Of a stretch of 64,000 nt of DNA, positions 38,698-48,935 are shown piece by piece. The position numbers were made by a program, and so were the translations under genes. Below the pieces are notes generated by a model. The model searched no databases. It saw only the letters and a list, made by a program, of their open reading frames with translations, and was not told the DNA's origin. The stretch covers positions 4,832,001 through 4,896,000 of the forward strand of contig OZ244937.1 in the NCBI GenBank assembly GCA_965222075.1, written 5' to 3'. How positions within the stretch are numbered: the stretch's first letter is position 1; each line of letters begins with the position of its first letter. The stretch comes from Candidatus Latescibacterota bacterium. Its GTDB lineage: Bacteria > Latescibacterota > UBA2968 > GCA-2709665.

Positions 38698-38793
38698 TTA
38701 CTTGTAGGAAAGTTGCTGGCGAATCGTCCCAAACGTCCACTGGTGGCGCTTCTGGTTCATCTTCTTGCCGTAGTCCAGGTCCGTATCCCGGGT
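38698..38793 (-). mobile_element. Short remnant of IS200/IS605 TnpB
   Basis: TRDTDLDYGKKMNQKRHQWTFGTIRQQLSYK* resembles the TnpB N..LH.W.F...L.YK segment. Confidence 0.55.
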
Positions 38794-38812
38794 CAAAAAA
38801 GGGCGTTCATCC

Positions 38813-40036
38813 TCACACCAGATTCCCTTCCGCGCGGCTGTTCCTGCCCACAGTGACCACCGCCTCTTCCGTCCCCACGCAGAGGTTTCCGCTGATCAGG
38901 TTGTAATCGCTCGTCCCGCTCTCGACAATGCCCTTCTTCTGCGTGGGCGTATCCTGATCGTCGGCGCAGCGGTTGCCCTGCACGATCGCCCGCTGAAGGT
39001 CGTCGAGGCGGATGCCCGGCCATCTGCCCGGCGCTTCCTGGGAGTTGCCCAGCAGCAGGTTGCCGGTAATCACCTGCTCCTCCCCCCGGTTGGCATCGAT
39101 CCCACAGCGGCCGTTGTACGAACAGACGTTGTCGCTGATGATATTGTGGTGGTCGCCCCCGTTCGCCACGCCCCCGATCCCGTGCTGCACATTCTCCGAA
39201 AAAACACTGTCGCTGCACACCGTATGGTGCACCCGGGCGCAGAAGAAGAACCCGTCGCCCCCGTTTCCCCTGCCAATATTGTGCGACCAGACGCTCCTGC
39301 CCAGTCCGGTACCCGGATGAAAACCGTGCCCGCGACACCCGTGCGCCTGGCACTGTATCACCTGCGCATCGCATCCCCTCTGCACCCCGATGCCGTCGCT
39401 GGGCCACTCGATCAGCGTACAGTTGATCACGCGCACCCGTGCACAACTCACTAAGTGGATGCCCGAATACGTAAAGTCCCACCAGGGGCCGTCGTAGTCC
39501 ACAGGCCCCTGAACCGTAAGATCACGAACCTCGATATCGGCCTCGTCCTGCGCCCAGATCGCCGGGAACAGGCTGACCGCTCTGGCCTGCCGCTCGACCT
39601 TGAGCCCGCGGTTGAACGGCACGCTTATCCACACCCGGCGTCCCTCAATACGCTCAACAATACCGTGCGTGCCCCACCACCCCCTCCGCTTCTCATCGCT
39701 CACCCCGATCTCGTCCCCCACCTTGAAGGGAGGACATCCCGAACATTCCAGAACACGACGCCCTTTTCGCAGATCCCGTTTAAGCGGAACCACACGCGGC
39801 TCGTGAACCGTAAGCACCGTGGCGGGCCCCTCTCCGACCAGGCTGACACGGCTGGGCACATAGACCGACCGGCGCAGCAAATAGGTCCCGGCGGGCACCC
39901 GCACCCGGCCTCCTCCCGGTGGAAGCGAAGCAATCGCCTCGGCAATGCCGCATGTCGGCAGCTCGGGATCGTAAAAATCGCCGGCATTCGCCTCATAGCT
40001 GGAAGTGGTGAGAATAGGCATCGCGGTCGCAGGCAT
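38813..40036 (-). CDS. Right-handed beta-helix (pectin lyase-like) protein
   Basis: AIASLPPGGGRVRVPAGTY followed by repeated GI...I.GN strands. Confidence 0.8.
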   Translation of the reverse strand: MPATAMPILTTSSYEANAGDFYDPELPTCGIAEAIASLPPGGGRVRVPAGTYLLRRSVYVPSRVSLVGEGPATVLTVHEPRVVPLKRDLRKGRRVLECSGCPPFKVGDEIGVSDEKRRGWWGTHGIVERIEGRRVWISVPFNRGLKVERQARAVSLFPAIWAQDEADIEVRDLTVQGPVDYDGPWWDFTYSGIHLVSCARVRVINCTLIEWPSDGIGVQRGCDAQVIQCQAHGCRGHGFHPGTGLGRSVWSHNIGRGNGGDGFFFCARVHHTVCSDSVFSENVQHGIGGVANGGDHHNIISDNVCSYNGRCGIDANRGEEQVITGNLLLGNSQEAPGRWPGIRLDDLQRAIVQGNRCADDQDTPTQKKGIVESGTSDYNLISGNLCVGTEEAVVTVGRNSRAEGNLV

Positions 40037-40158
40037 GGGAACTTCCTTTCTTAACTTACCAGAATAATATGGGGATTTTGACCCTTTCTTAGAAGCTGTC
40101 TGCGCCCTCTGCGTCTCTGCGGTGAACGATCTGAAGCGCTACGGAAGATCCAACTGTT

Positions 40159-41424
40159 TTATCGCCCCTGTCCCTCACCCTCCTTCTCCGATACCTCCAC
40201 CAGCTCCCTGGCATGGTCACGGACCTTCTCAAAGGCCCGCGCCACATCCCGCATCCGTTCCTCGGAGGCCAGCATCACCGTTTGAGACAGGCTGATCCGC
40301 TCCTTACAGTACTGCTCCACCCCGGGCAGGTACAGGTCCCGGTAATCGGGCGCGTCTTCCCATGCAAAGGGCTTGTAAGGGTTCGCCTTCCAGTCCTGCT
40401 GAAAAACGGGATTCCGGTACACCGGTTCGGAATATCCCCCGCCCACCGAAACCCCTTCGGCACGCAGCGCCTTCATAAACAGATCCCGCGAAACCCCCTC
40501 GAATTCCTCCTGGACAAACCGGGCCCCGTAGATGTGCCAGCTCACCCGTGTCGCCTCCGGCAGGCGCCTGATCGGCTTGATCCCCTCAAGCCGCGAAAGC
40601 GTCCGGGTTAGCATCGCCGCATTTTGTTCCCGAATCTCCGTCTGCTCTACCACGCGCTCCAGCTGACACAGGAGGACCGCCGCTGTCAAATCGTTCATCC
40701 GGTGATTCGCCCCCCAGCGCAGGTGCTCCGGCGCCCTGTCGTAGCGCGAACGCCCGGCGTAGAGCGCGCAGTGGATGATATCGGCCACCGTCTCGTCGTT
40801 CGTCAGCGCGATACCTCCCTCCCCGCTGGTCATATTCTTGCTCTGCTGGAAACTGACCCCGGACGCCAGCCCCCAGCTCCCCAGCCCCCGCCCCGCATAC
40901 TGGGCGCCCCAGCCGTGGCACGCGTCCTCCAAGACGGCCAGCCCGTGCCGGTCGGCAATCTCCTGGATACGCGCCATATCGCAGGCCAGCCCCCCGAAAT
41001 GCACCACCATAACCGCCTTCGTCCGGGGCGTAATTGCCGCCTCGATCTCATCCGGATCGATATTGTTCGTCTCCGGATCGATATCGGCAAATGTCACCAC
41101 AGCCCCCGCCCTCAGAATGCCCAGGCATGTGGCGTGGAACGTGTACGGACTGGTAATCACCTCGTCTCCCACACCAATCTGCGCGCCCCGGCAAACCGCC
41201 TCCAGCGCCGACGTTCCCCCGCTGCAAACCACCCCGTATTTCGCATCCTGAAACCGGGCGAATTCCTCTTCAAACTCCTGGCACTTCGGCCCGTAATTCC
41301 ACACCCGGCTCTCCAGCACCTCCATCAGCGCCTCCGCCTCCGTCTCATCGTAGTGCGGCCACGGCTCGGCCACGGGCCCTTCCACAACCGGCCTGCCGCC
41401 CATCAGCGCAAGTTTGTCGGCCAT
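40159..41424 (-). CDS. DegT/DnrJ/EryC1/StrS aminotransferase
   Basis: GDEVI, EDACHGWGA, SFQQSKNMTSGEGG, NHRM. Confidence 0.9.
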   Translation of the reverse strand: MADKLALMGGRPVVEGPVAEPWPHYDETEAEALMEVLESRVWNYGPKCQEFEEEFARFQDAKYGVVCSGGTSALEAVCRGAQIGVGDEVITSPYTFHATCLGILRAGAVVTFADIDPETNNIDPDEIEAAITPRTKAVMVVHFGGLACDMARIQEIADRHGLAVLEDACHGWGAQYAGRGLGSWGLASGVSFQQSKNMTSGEGGIALTNDETVADIIHCALYAGRSRYDRAPEHLRWGANHRMNDLTAAVLLCQLERVVEQTEIREQNAAMLTRTLSRLEGIKPIRRLPEATRVSWHIYGARFVQEEFEGVSRDLFMKALRAEGVSVGGGYSEPVYRNPVFQQDWKANPYKPFAWEDAPDYRDLYLPGVEQYCKERISLSQTVMLASEERMRDVARAFEKVRDHARELVEVSEKEGEGQGR

Positions 41425-41465
41425 ATAAGCTCCCTTTTTTCGAATAACCCACCAGCATCGTCAGC

Positions 41466-42338
41466 TTAAGCGCCGCGCACATCCTCAACTTCCTCTCTCT
41501 TCCTCACAATACCGCCCTCCGGCCACCGGATCTCCCGGTCCCAATCGGCCAGATAGGGCGCCGCCGTCTCCCGCCATCGGGGCGCCAGGGAAAGATCGAC
41601 CTCTGCAACCGCCACCCCTTCGCCTGAGGGGATCTCCGCCAAGATCTCCCCCCAGGGCGCAATCACCGCCGACTGTCCGACCCCCCGCAAATACCCGTCC
41701 GGATCGCAGATCCCGCAGTGGTTGGACGAGGCGAAATAGACCGAATTCTCCAGCGCCCGCGTCAGGCACTGCGCCCGGTACGCCTGGGGCGAATAGTGCC
41801 ACTCCTCGCAGTCGTCCGTGGTCACCCAGGCCGTGGGGTGCAGCAGCAATTCCGCCCCCCGCTCGACCAGTCCATGGATGTAGTGCGCGAAGATATAATC
41901 GTAACAGATCGCCACCCCCGCCCGGGCAAACCCCAGGTCCACCAGACAGGCCTCGTCCCCCCGGCTCAGCACATCCCGTTCTCCCAGGTAGAGGTAGACC
42001 TTCCGGTAGCGGGACACCAACGCCCTGTCGGGCCCCATAACCACAGCCGCATTGTACATCGCCCCCGTCTGGGGATCGACCTCCGCCATCCCCGCAACCA
42101 CATAAATCCCGTGCTCGGCCGCTACCGCGCCGAAGCGCTCCGTGGTTGGCCCCGGGATCGGCTCGGCCAACCGGTCCATCTCATCCAGCGCAAACCCCGT
42201 GGTAAACACTTCCGGCAGCAGGATCAGGTCCGCCCCCTGCCCGGCCGCCTCCGCAACCATCTCGCAGGCCCTGGAGACGTTGGCGTCCACATTCCCCACC
42301 GCGCACTCGATCTGAGTAATCGCAAGCTTTGGCATCAT
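41466..42338 (-). CDS. Carbon-nitrogen hydrolase (nitrilase superfamily)
   Basis: Catalytic triad in LPEVF, YRK and ICYD. Confidence 0.9.
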   Translation of the reverse strand: MMPKLAITQIECAVGNVDANVSRACEMVAEAAGQGADLILLPEVFTTGFALDEMDRLAEPIPGPTTERFGAVAAEHGIYVVAGMAEVDPQTGAMYNAAVVMGPDRALVSRYRKVYLYLGERDVLSRGDEACLVDLGFARAGVAICYDYIFAHYIHGLVERGAELLLHPTAWVTTDDCEEWHYSPQAYRAQCLTRALENSVYFASSNHCGICDPDGYLRGVGQSAVIAPWGEILAEIPSGEGVAVAEVDLSLAPRWRETAAPYLADWDREIRWPEGGIVRKREEVEDVRGA

Positions 42339-42349
42339 CCTGCCCTCCT

Positions 42350-43366
42350 TCACTCCTCTAAGACCTCATCCGCATACGCAAACAGCGCGGGTGTCCCTCC
42401 CGTATGCACGAACACCACCGCCTGATCCTTTGTAAACTGTCCCTTCCGGATGTGGTCGACCATCCCGCTAAAGGCCTTGCCCGTATAGACCGGATCCAGC
42501 ACCAGCCCCTCCGTCCGAGCCGCCAGCACCAGCCCCTCCCGGCTCTCTGGTGTTACCACCCCGTATGCCTCCCCACCGTACTCCCCGTAGCTCTCAAAAT
42601 CCTCCGCCGAAAAACTTAGCTTCAATCCGAGTAGCCCGGCGACCTCATTCGCCGCCCCGGCCAACATTGCATTCGCCGTCGCATTGTCTCGGGGGCTCGG
42701 GCTCACCCCCACAATCCGCACCGGGATGCCCAATACCCGGGCGCCCACCGCCAACCCCACGTGCGTGTGCAGCCCCGAACAGACGTAGAGCGCATCCGGC
42801 CGGATGCCCCGCTCCTGGAGCTGTCCCCACAGTTCTAAAAACCCGTCCACGTAGGACACCCCCCGCAGGTAGTACCCATCGCTGCTCGTATTGTAGACCC
42901 TGTGCCCCTCCGCCTTCAGCCGCTCGATCACCGCCTCCTTCTCCTCCGGGCCCTCCACCAGGTGTACCTCTGCACCAAACAGGTGAGCAAGCAGCAGGTT
43001 CCCGTTTACCGGCTCGGATTGTGCGTCCTTCCGCCCCACCATCACCGACTTCAGCCCCAGTCTGGCCGCCAAGGCTGCCGTTAGCCGCGACTGGTTCGAC
43101 TGCGACGCCGCCCCATGCAGCAGCACATCGTAGCCCTCCTCCACCGCCGGCGCCACCGAATACTCAAACTCCCGCACCTTGTTCCCCCCAAACGCCATCC
43201 CCGTCTGGTCCTCTCGCTTCACCAGGAGCCGGGGTCCCCCCAAGGCCTCGGAAAGCCGGGGACAGTCCAGCAGCGGCGTCGGCAGATCTGCCAGCGAAAG
43301 CCGCGAAAACCGGTCAAGACGCGCCCGCAGCTCATCCACGGTCACAACAGGTTTCAGGTCTGACAT
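42350..43366 (-). CDS. D-cysteine desulfhydrase / ACC deaminase family PLP enzyme
   Basis: KREDQTG..FGGNKVR, QSNQ, LDPVYTGKA, HTGG. Confidence 0.9.
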   Translation of the reverse strand: MSDLKPVVTVDELRARLDRFSRLSLADLPTPLLDCPRLSEALGGPRLLVKREDQTGMAFGGNKVREFEYSVAPAVEEGYDVLLHGAASQSNQSRLTAALAARLGLKSVMVGRKDAQSEPVNGNLLLAHLFGAEVHLVEGPEEKEAVIERLKAEGHRVYNTSSDGYYLRGVSYVDGFLELWGQLQERGIRPDALYVCSGLHTHVGLAVGARVLGIPVRIVGVSPSPRDNATANAMLAGAANEVAGLLGLKLSFSAEDFESYGEYGGEAYGVVTPESREGLVLAARTEGLVLDPVYTGKAFSGMVDHIRKGQFTKDQAVVFVHTGGTPALFAYADEVLEE

Positions 43367-43397
43367 CGAAACTCCTTTCATCAATGCGGAATGCGGA

Positions 43398-43422
43398 GCA
43401 GGGGCGATCTTTGTGATCGCCC
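43398..43422 (+). repeat. GTAG-type REP palindrome (copy 2)
   Basis: GCAGGGGCGATCTTTGTGATCGCCC. Confidence 0.65.
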
Positions 43423-43446
43423 ATTTTTTGTGATGAGAGGGGCATC

Positions 43447-45183
43447 TTACACTTGGCTGCGCTGGCCTCTGAGGGCCTCGGTCCGGTCGCGGTCGACGGT
43501 CCAGGTCCGGGGGTCGATGGCGACGCCGTAGTCGCGTTCGGCGGCAGCGAGGGTGAGTTTTTCATTTCGGACGTCTTCCAAGACGCGCTCCGGGCCGCGT
43601 TCCAGGGGGTCGCCCCATCCGCCGGCACCGGCAAGAACGTGGTGGAGGACATCGCCTTTGCGGATGGTGAGGAGGGTTTTAGAGGGGAGGATGCGGGCCT
43701 CGCCGTCGGGATTCAGGATGTTCCGGGACAGGGTGCCGGGACTGCCGCCGGAGAGGCCGTAGGGACGGGACCGGTGGCGGTCGGAGCGGATCTGGAGGGT
43801 GCCTTCTGCCTCGGTGAAGCGGTATTCACGGACAAGGGCGAGGCCTCCACGGTGTTTGCCCGGGCCGCCGGTGTCGGGGAGGAAGCCGTAGCGGAGGATC
43901 TGGAGGGGGTATTCGGCCTCGATGACTTCGGCGGGGTTGTTGGAGAAGTTGACGACGATGCTGGTGCAGGCGTCCACGGCCTCCTGGGTGGGCCGTCCGC
44001 CCCAGCTGCCGTAGAGGAATTCTAAGAAGACGAAGGGGGTGCGGTCGGCCCGGTAGCCGCCTATGGAGATGCCGGTGTCGCCGCCGACTTCGCAGGCGGG
44101 GACGACGTTTGGAGCCATCTGCGCCAGAGCGCCCATGATAGCGTTGGCCAGGCGGAAGCCGGTGAGGCCGCGGGCGGCCACAGGGGCAGGGGGGACGGGG
44201 TTGGCCAGGGTGGCGGGAGGGATCACGATGTTTAAGGCGCGGAAGAATCCGGAGTTGGTGGGGATGCTGGCGCGCATGAGGCAGCGGAGGCAGGCGTAGA
44301 CGGCCGATTTGGTGAAGGCGAGGGCGCAGTTGAGGGCGCCTTTGACCTGGGGGGCGGTGCCTTCGAAGTCGGCAACGAAGCGGTCGCCCGAAACGGTGAT
44401 ATTGACGGCGATAGGGATGGGGTCGGGGTCTATGCCGTCGTCGTCGAGGACGTCAGTGAAGCGGTAGACGCCGTCGGGGAAGGCGGCGATTTCGGACTTT
44501 GTGAGGCGCTCGGCGTAGTCCAAGAGCTGTGCGAAGCCGGACTGGAGGCGGGAGACGCCGTGGCTGCTGGCGAGTTTGTGGAGTTCGCGCTCACAGATGT
44601 GGCAGGCGGCAAGCTGGGCGCGGAGGTCGCCCAGGGCGTTTCGGGGCACGCGGACATTGCGTTCGATGAGGTCGAAAATGGCAGCCACCGGTCGGCCGGC
44701 TTCGTAGAGTTTGAGGGGGGGAATGCGCAGACCTTCCTGGTAGATTTCGGTGGAGTCGCAGGCATTGCCCCCCGCAACCCGGCCGCCGATGTCGGTGTGG
44801 TGGGCGATGGCGGCGGCAAAGCCGAGGAGGCCGCCGTTGACGAAGACGGGTTTGTAGAGGTAGATGTCGGGCAGGTGGGTGCCGCCTTCGTAGGGGTCGT
44901 TGAGGATGAAGAGGTCACCGTCATCGATCCGGTCCCGATATCGGTTGAGGATTGCCGCCATGCCATTGGGCAGGCTGCCCAGGTGGAGGGGAATACAGAG
45001 GCCCTGGGCGACGAGGGCGCCCCCGGCATCGCAGAACCCGGTGGAGAAATCCATGGAGTTTCTCAGGTTCGTGGAGTAGGCGGTTCTCACGACAGTGAGT
45101 GCCATTTCGTCCACGATGGATTCGAGAGTATTTTTTAAGAGCTCAAGTTCGATGGGGCTGTAGGCTGGCATAGGATCATCCAT
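43447..45183 (-). CDS. Hydantoinase B / oxoprolinase family protein
   Basis: NDPYEGGTHLPD, HHTDIGG, EIYQEGL, DTGGPGKHRGG, GGWGDP. Confidence 0.9.
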   Translation of the reverse strand: MDDPMPAYSPIELELLKNTLESIVDEMALTVVRTAYSTNLRNSMDFSTGFCDAGGALVAQGLCIPLHLGSLPNGMAAILNRYRDRIDDGDLFILNDPYEGGTHLPDIYLYKPVFVNGGLLGFAAAIAHHTDIGGRVAGGNACDSTEIYQEGLRIPPLKLYEAGRPVAAIFDLIERNVRVPRNALGDLRAQLAACHICERELHKLASSHGVSRLQSGFAQLLDYAERLTKSEIAAFPDGVYRFTDVLDDDGIDPDPIPIAVNITVSGDRFVADFEGTAPQVKGALNCALAFTKSAVYACLRCLMRASIPTNSGFFRALNIVIPPATLANPVPPAPVAARGLTGFRLANAIMGALAQMAPNVVPACEVGGDTGISIGGYRADRTPFVFLEFLYGSWGGRPTQEAVDACTSIVVNFSNNPAEVIEAEYPLQILRYGFLPDTGGPGKHRGGLALVREYRFTEAEGTLQIRSDRHRSRPYGLSGGSPGTLSRNILNPDGEARILPSKTLLTIRKGDVLHHVLAGAGGWGDPLERGPERVLEDVRNEKLTLAAAERDYGVAIDPRTWTVDRDRTEALRGQRSQV

Positions 45184-45230
45184 AGCAGGGGCACGGTATG
45201 CACGGAGGCGGATCGCGGTCGCATGTTCGT

Positions 45231-46418
45231 TTACAGGGGCGGCCTGTACGGTACAGGCTTCGGGTCGGTTTCGGGCAGGCCGATGGTTTCCCAGAAGGTG
45301 GTACCAGTATAGGGCGTCCGGCGCAGGTCGGGGATGGCAATGGGGGCACCGCCCAGGTCGGCGGAGCGGGCGGCGAGGATGCCCGGGAGCGCGTATTCGA
45401 TGGCGCGGTAGACGTCGATGGGAGAGGGCCTGCCCTCGATCAGGGTGCCGGCAAAGTGGCGGGCGAGTTTCATGTCGGTGCCGCCGTGGCCGCCGGTTGG
45501 ATCGTCGTCTACGGCGGACCTGCTGGCGGGGAGGACCTTCCATCCGTCCCTGTGGTCGTCGTTTCGATCAAAGACGCGGGTGCATCCTTCGTATGAGAAC
45601 ATTTCGGTGCTGCCTCCAGTTCCGAAGAGGCGGTAGCGGTGTTCGGAGGGCCGACGGGTGTTGAGGGTGACCATGATCTTGATGAGGGCGCCCCCGGCAG
45701 TGTGGAAGAGGGCGATCTGGCCGTCGGACCTCAAGGGTGCCTCAGTGCAGCGCCAGGGGGCGCTGAGGCAGGTGACGGATACGCAGCGGTCGTCCAGGAC
45801 TTCCAGGAGGGGCCCCAGGTCGTGGGTGAGATACTGGATGGGGGGCTGGTCGGCCCGCCAGATCGGTTTGACGCCGTGGGTGCGTCCGGAGGCTTCGCTG
45901 GGGGAGAGGCGCACGCCGTTGGAGAGGCAGAGCGTCTGGGGCAGGTAGTGGAGGTACTCGGCCTCGGCGATGGAGATGGGGCCGAAGCGGTTTTCCAGGA
46001 TCCACTTTCGCCAGTAGCCAAGGAAGCCAGAATAACAGGAGTTCTCGCCCAGCATATAGGTTTTGCCGGTGCGTTCGACGGTGTCCCGCAGGCGGATCAG
46101 TTCCTCCTGGGTGTCGGCACCGGGGATTTCGGAGAGGACGTGGCACCCGGCCTCCATCGCCTGGCAGGCGTGGTCGACCTGGCGCTTGCCGTTGCTGGCG
46201 ATGACGACGGCGTCGGGGTTCATTTCCAGGAGGTCGCCGAATTCGGGGATGCATTTTGTTTGTGCGCCCGCAGCGGCGATGTGCTCTTCGGCCCGTTCGC
46301 GGCAGAGCGGGAAACGGTCGCACGCGCCGATAACTTCGACCTCATCCATGGCCAGGAAGTTTCGCAGGTGGGAGAGGCCGCGGCGGAGGCCGAGGACGCC
46401 GATTTTGAGCTTTTCCAT
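45231..46418 (-). CDS. Gfo/Idh/MocA oxidoreductase
   Basis: IGVLGLRRG, VLSEIP, AEYLH, YLTHDLGP, GGHGGTD. Confidence 0.85.
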   Translation of the reverse strand: MEKLKIGVLGLRRGLSHLRNFLAMDEVEVIGACDRFPLCRERAEEHIAAAGAQTKCIPEFGDLLEMNPDAVVIASNGKRQVDHACQAMEAGCHVLSEIPGADTQEELIRLRDTVERTGKTYMLGENSCYSGFLGYWRKWILENRFGPISIAEAEYLHYLPQTLCLSNGVRLSPSEASGRTHGVKPIWRADQPPIQYLTHDLGPLLEVLDDRCVSVTCLSAPWRCTEAPLRSDGQIALFHTAGGALIKIMVTLNTRRPSEHRYRLFGTGGSTEMFSYEGCTRVFDRNDDHRDGWKVLPASRSAVDDDPTGGHGGTDMKLARHFAGTLIEGRPSPIDVYRAIEYALPGILAARSADLGGAPIAIPDLRRTPYTGTTFWETIGLPETDPKPVPYRPPL

Positions 46419-46443
46419 CGTTCCTTTTCCTTGAGGGACTTAA

Positions 46444-46582
46444 GAAACTGCTTGGAAAATAAGCTTTCTTTTACTTTTGGCCTTTTTCTTGCACGCCCAA
46501 GAAAAAGGCCGCTCAGACGCCGCCTGTCTGCGTGCGTGTTAGGCGGGTTCTCCCGTCGGCGCTGCGCGCCCCTCGCGCTCCT
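46444..46582. repeat. MITE-like element (shorter copy 2)
   Basis: Homologous to 3711-3865. Confidence 0.65.
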
Positions 46583-46656
46583 TGTGTGAGATGTAGAAGG
46601 TGAAAGTAAATAAGATACTAAAAAGTCTGGTATACCGTAGGGAAATTTGTAAGGGC

Positions 46657-47658
46657 TTAAACCGCGGGGACCTCGACCCATTGGCCCGTTTTGTTCGATT
46701 CGTAGCAGGCCTCGACGATGGAGACGGCGTCGGCGGCGCAGACGAGGTCCTGTTCAAGCTCATCGGGGCTGAGGTTGCCTTCGATGGCGGTGACGAGGCG
46801 GTCGATGCGGGTGGGGCGGGCCTCTGCTCCGGGAACGGGTTGGGGATCACCACGGGGGGCGGCGGTGACATAGCCCAGGTGCGGGTGCTCGTAGAGGGTG
46901 GTGTTGCTGCCGGTGATTTCCAGGCCACCCGGGCCGCCGGTCTGCACCCAGGAGGCCTCGATTGTGGCCAGGGCGCCGTTTTTGAACCGGAAGAGGGCGA
47001 CGCCGTTGTCGTCCACCCCGGGGTAGATGCCCGAGGCGTTGCCGATGGCGGCGGTGACCCGGTCGACCGGACCGAGCAGGGTGCGGAGGAGATGGACGGC
47101 GTGGGTGCCCATGTCCATGAAGGCGCCGCCGCCGGCGAGGTCGGGATCGGTGAACCAGGCGACGTCGGGAGCATCGAACCAGCGGCCGTAGGCGGCGTGG
47201 TGGGCGTTGCGGTACCGGGCGTGGGTGATGGTTCCAAGCGCGCCGGCGGCCAGGTGGGCGATCACGCCCTGCATCTGTGCGGAGAAGGGCTGGGAGTAGC
47301 CCATGTGGACGACCGTTCCGTGCTCCCGGATGAGGGCGAGGGCCTCGGCGGCCTCGGCGGTTGTGGTGGTGAAGGGTTTTTCGCAGAATATCGGTTTGCC
47401 TGTAGGGACCGAGGCCTTCAAGAGGGGGAGGTGTCGGGTGTTTTCGGCGCAGATGACGAAGCCGTCTATATCGCTGCGTGCGACGGTTGCGGCAAGGTCG
47501 CTGGAATAGTCGACGCCGTATTCGCCTGCGAACCGCTGCCCCCGGTCTGCGACATCGTCCCAGAGGACGGTGAGCGTGCAGGCGTCCTTCTCGGCGATGG
47601 TTTTGAGGAACCCACGGGTGTGGGTGTGGGCGGCGGAGAGGAGGGCGAGGTTGATCAT
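46657..47658 (-). CDS. Gfo/Idh/MocA oxidoreductase
   Basis: CEKPF, GGGAFMDMGTH, VDDNG. Confidence 0.9.
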   Translation of the reverse strand: MINLALLSAAHTHTRGFLKTIAEKDACTLTVLWDDVADRGQRFAGEYGVDYSSDLAATVARSDIDGFVICAENTRHLPLLKASVPTGKPIFCEKPFTTTTAEAAEALALIREHGTVVHMGYSQPFSAQMQGVIAHLAAGALGTITHARYRNAHHAAYGRWFDAPDVAWFTDPDLAGGGAFMDMGTHAVHLLRTLLGPVDRVTAAIGNASGIYPGVDDNGVALFRFKNGALATIEASWVQTGGPGGLEITGSNTTLYEHPHLGYVTAAPRGDPQPVPGAEARPTRIDRLVTAIEGNLSPDELEQDLVCAADAVSIVEACYESNKTGQWVEVPAV

Positions 47659-47669
47659 GGGGGTCTCCT

Positions 47670-48935
47670 TCAGATTTGGTTTGCAGATGGCTGCCGGGCA
47701 AATTCCCCTCGCGGGGTGCGGAAGTAGGCCCAGAAAATCAAGGTGCCGAGGGCGGTGAAAGCGGCGCCGGTCAAGAAGAGAGCACCATAGCCGACGGTGG
47801 TGATGGTGTAACCGCCGCCCAGGGCAATGAGGGAATAGCCGATGCCAGACATCATGGCGGAGGCGCCGGACATGGTTGCCCGCCAGCGTGCAGGTACGAT
47901 CTCCTGGTTATAGACGACGAAGGCCGGGCGCCGGACCGCGGCCAAGGCCATGATGCTCATAAAGCAGAAGCCGGCGGGACCCCAGTGCGGGAAGAAGGCC
48001 ATCGGCACGAGCATGAGGGGGGTGCCGGTCGCGCTGATGACGACGGTGTGGTGGTTGCCGAAGCGCCCCGTAAACAGGGGCACCGCCAGGGCGGCCGGTA
48101 CCGCCAGGAGCTGTCCGGTGGCTATCAAGGTGCCGATGAGGGATGTGGATACGTTCAGGCCGGCGTCCAGGTAGACATTGAAGAAGGTGCGAACGGCGCC
48201 CTCTCCGGCGACGTGCAGCAGGGAGACGAAAGCGGCCAGCGTAATGAGTTCCAGCGGGAACGGCGCATGATGATCGGCGGCGGTTTCCTGTTTTTGTTCG
48301 GTCTGAGGCTTCCGTGTGGCCGTCAGGATGAACAGAGCCGGAACAAGCAGGGCGGAGGCAATCAGCAGGGTGTAGCGGTAGGGCATGGGATGGTCCAGGG
48401 TGACGTTCATCAGATCGGCGAAGCGCCCGGGCAGGAATCCGCCAACCAGGCTGCCAAAAAATCCGGCCAGCGGGAAGAGGGCGCCCTGCATGGAAAAGAC
48501 GTGGTTGCGTTCCTGCGCTCCGGCAACACCCATCAGGTAGGGAGCGCCGTTGACAATGTAGAGGGCCACGCCGAACAGCCCCAGCGCGTTGGTGGCCAGG
48601 ATAAAGGCGTCTCTGGGGCCGGGCCGGATGAGTTCGGCCTGGGAGAGCAGGCCATTGCCGATGATGGCAATACCAATGCCCGTGATCATAAGACGTCGGC
48701 TATCCCAGCGGGCACCCAGGAGGCCGGCGGGCAGGCTGCAGATTGCAAAGGAAAAGGCGCCGGTCGCATTCACCCAGCCGACAAATGTGGGGCCGTATCC
48801 CATCCGCAGCAGATAGAGGTTGAGCAGCAAGGAGGAAATGCCGCCGAAGAGGTTGAAGCCGAACAGGATCGATGCAGCGAGATAAAGCCTTACATCGCGG
48901 TTGAATAGACGCAGGGTGTGCAGGTAGTTTTGCAT
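47670..48935 (-). CDS. MFS transporter
   Basis: About 12 hydrophobic segments; LLNLYLLRMGY, LPAGLLGAR, ERNHVFS. Confidence 0.85.
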   Translation of the reverse strand: MQNYLHTLRLFNRDVRLYLAASILFGFNLFGGISSLLLNLYLLRMGYGPTFVGWVNATGAFSFAICSLPAGLLGARWDSRRLMITGIGIAIIGNGLLSQAELIRPGPRDAFILATNALGLFGVALYIVNGAPYLMGVAGAQERNHVFSMQGALFPLAGFFGSLVGGFLPGRFADLMNVTLDHPMPYRYTLLIASALLVPALFILTATRKPQTEQKQETAADHHAPFPLELITLAAFVSLLHVAGEGAVRTFFNVYLDAGLNVSTSLIGTLIATGQLLAVPAALAVPLFTGRFGNHHTVVISATGTPLMLVPMAFFPHWGPAGFCFMSIMALAAVRRPAFVVYNQEIVPARWRATMSGASAMMSGIGYSLIALGGGYTITTVGYGALFLTGAAFTALGTLIFWAYFRTPRGEFARQPSANQI

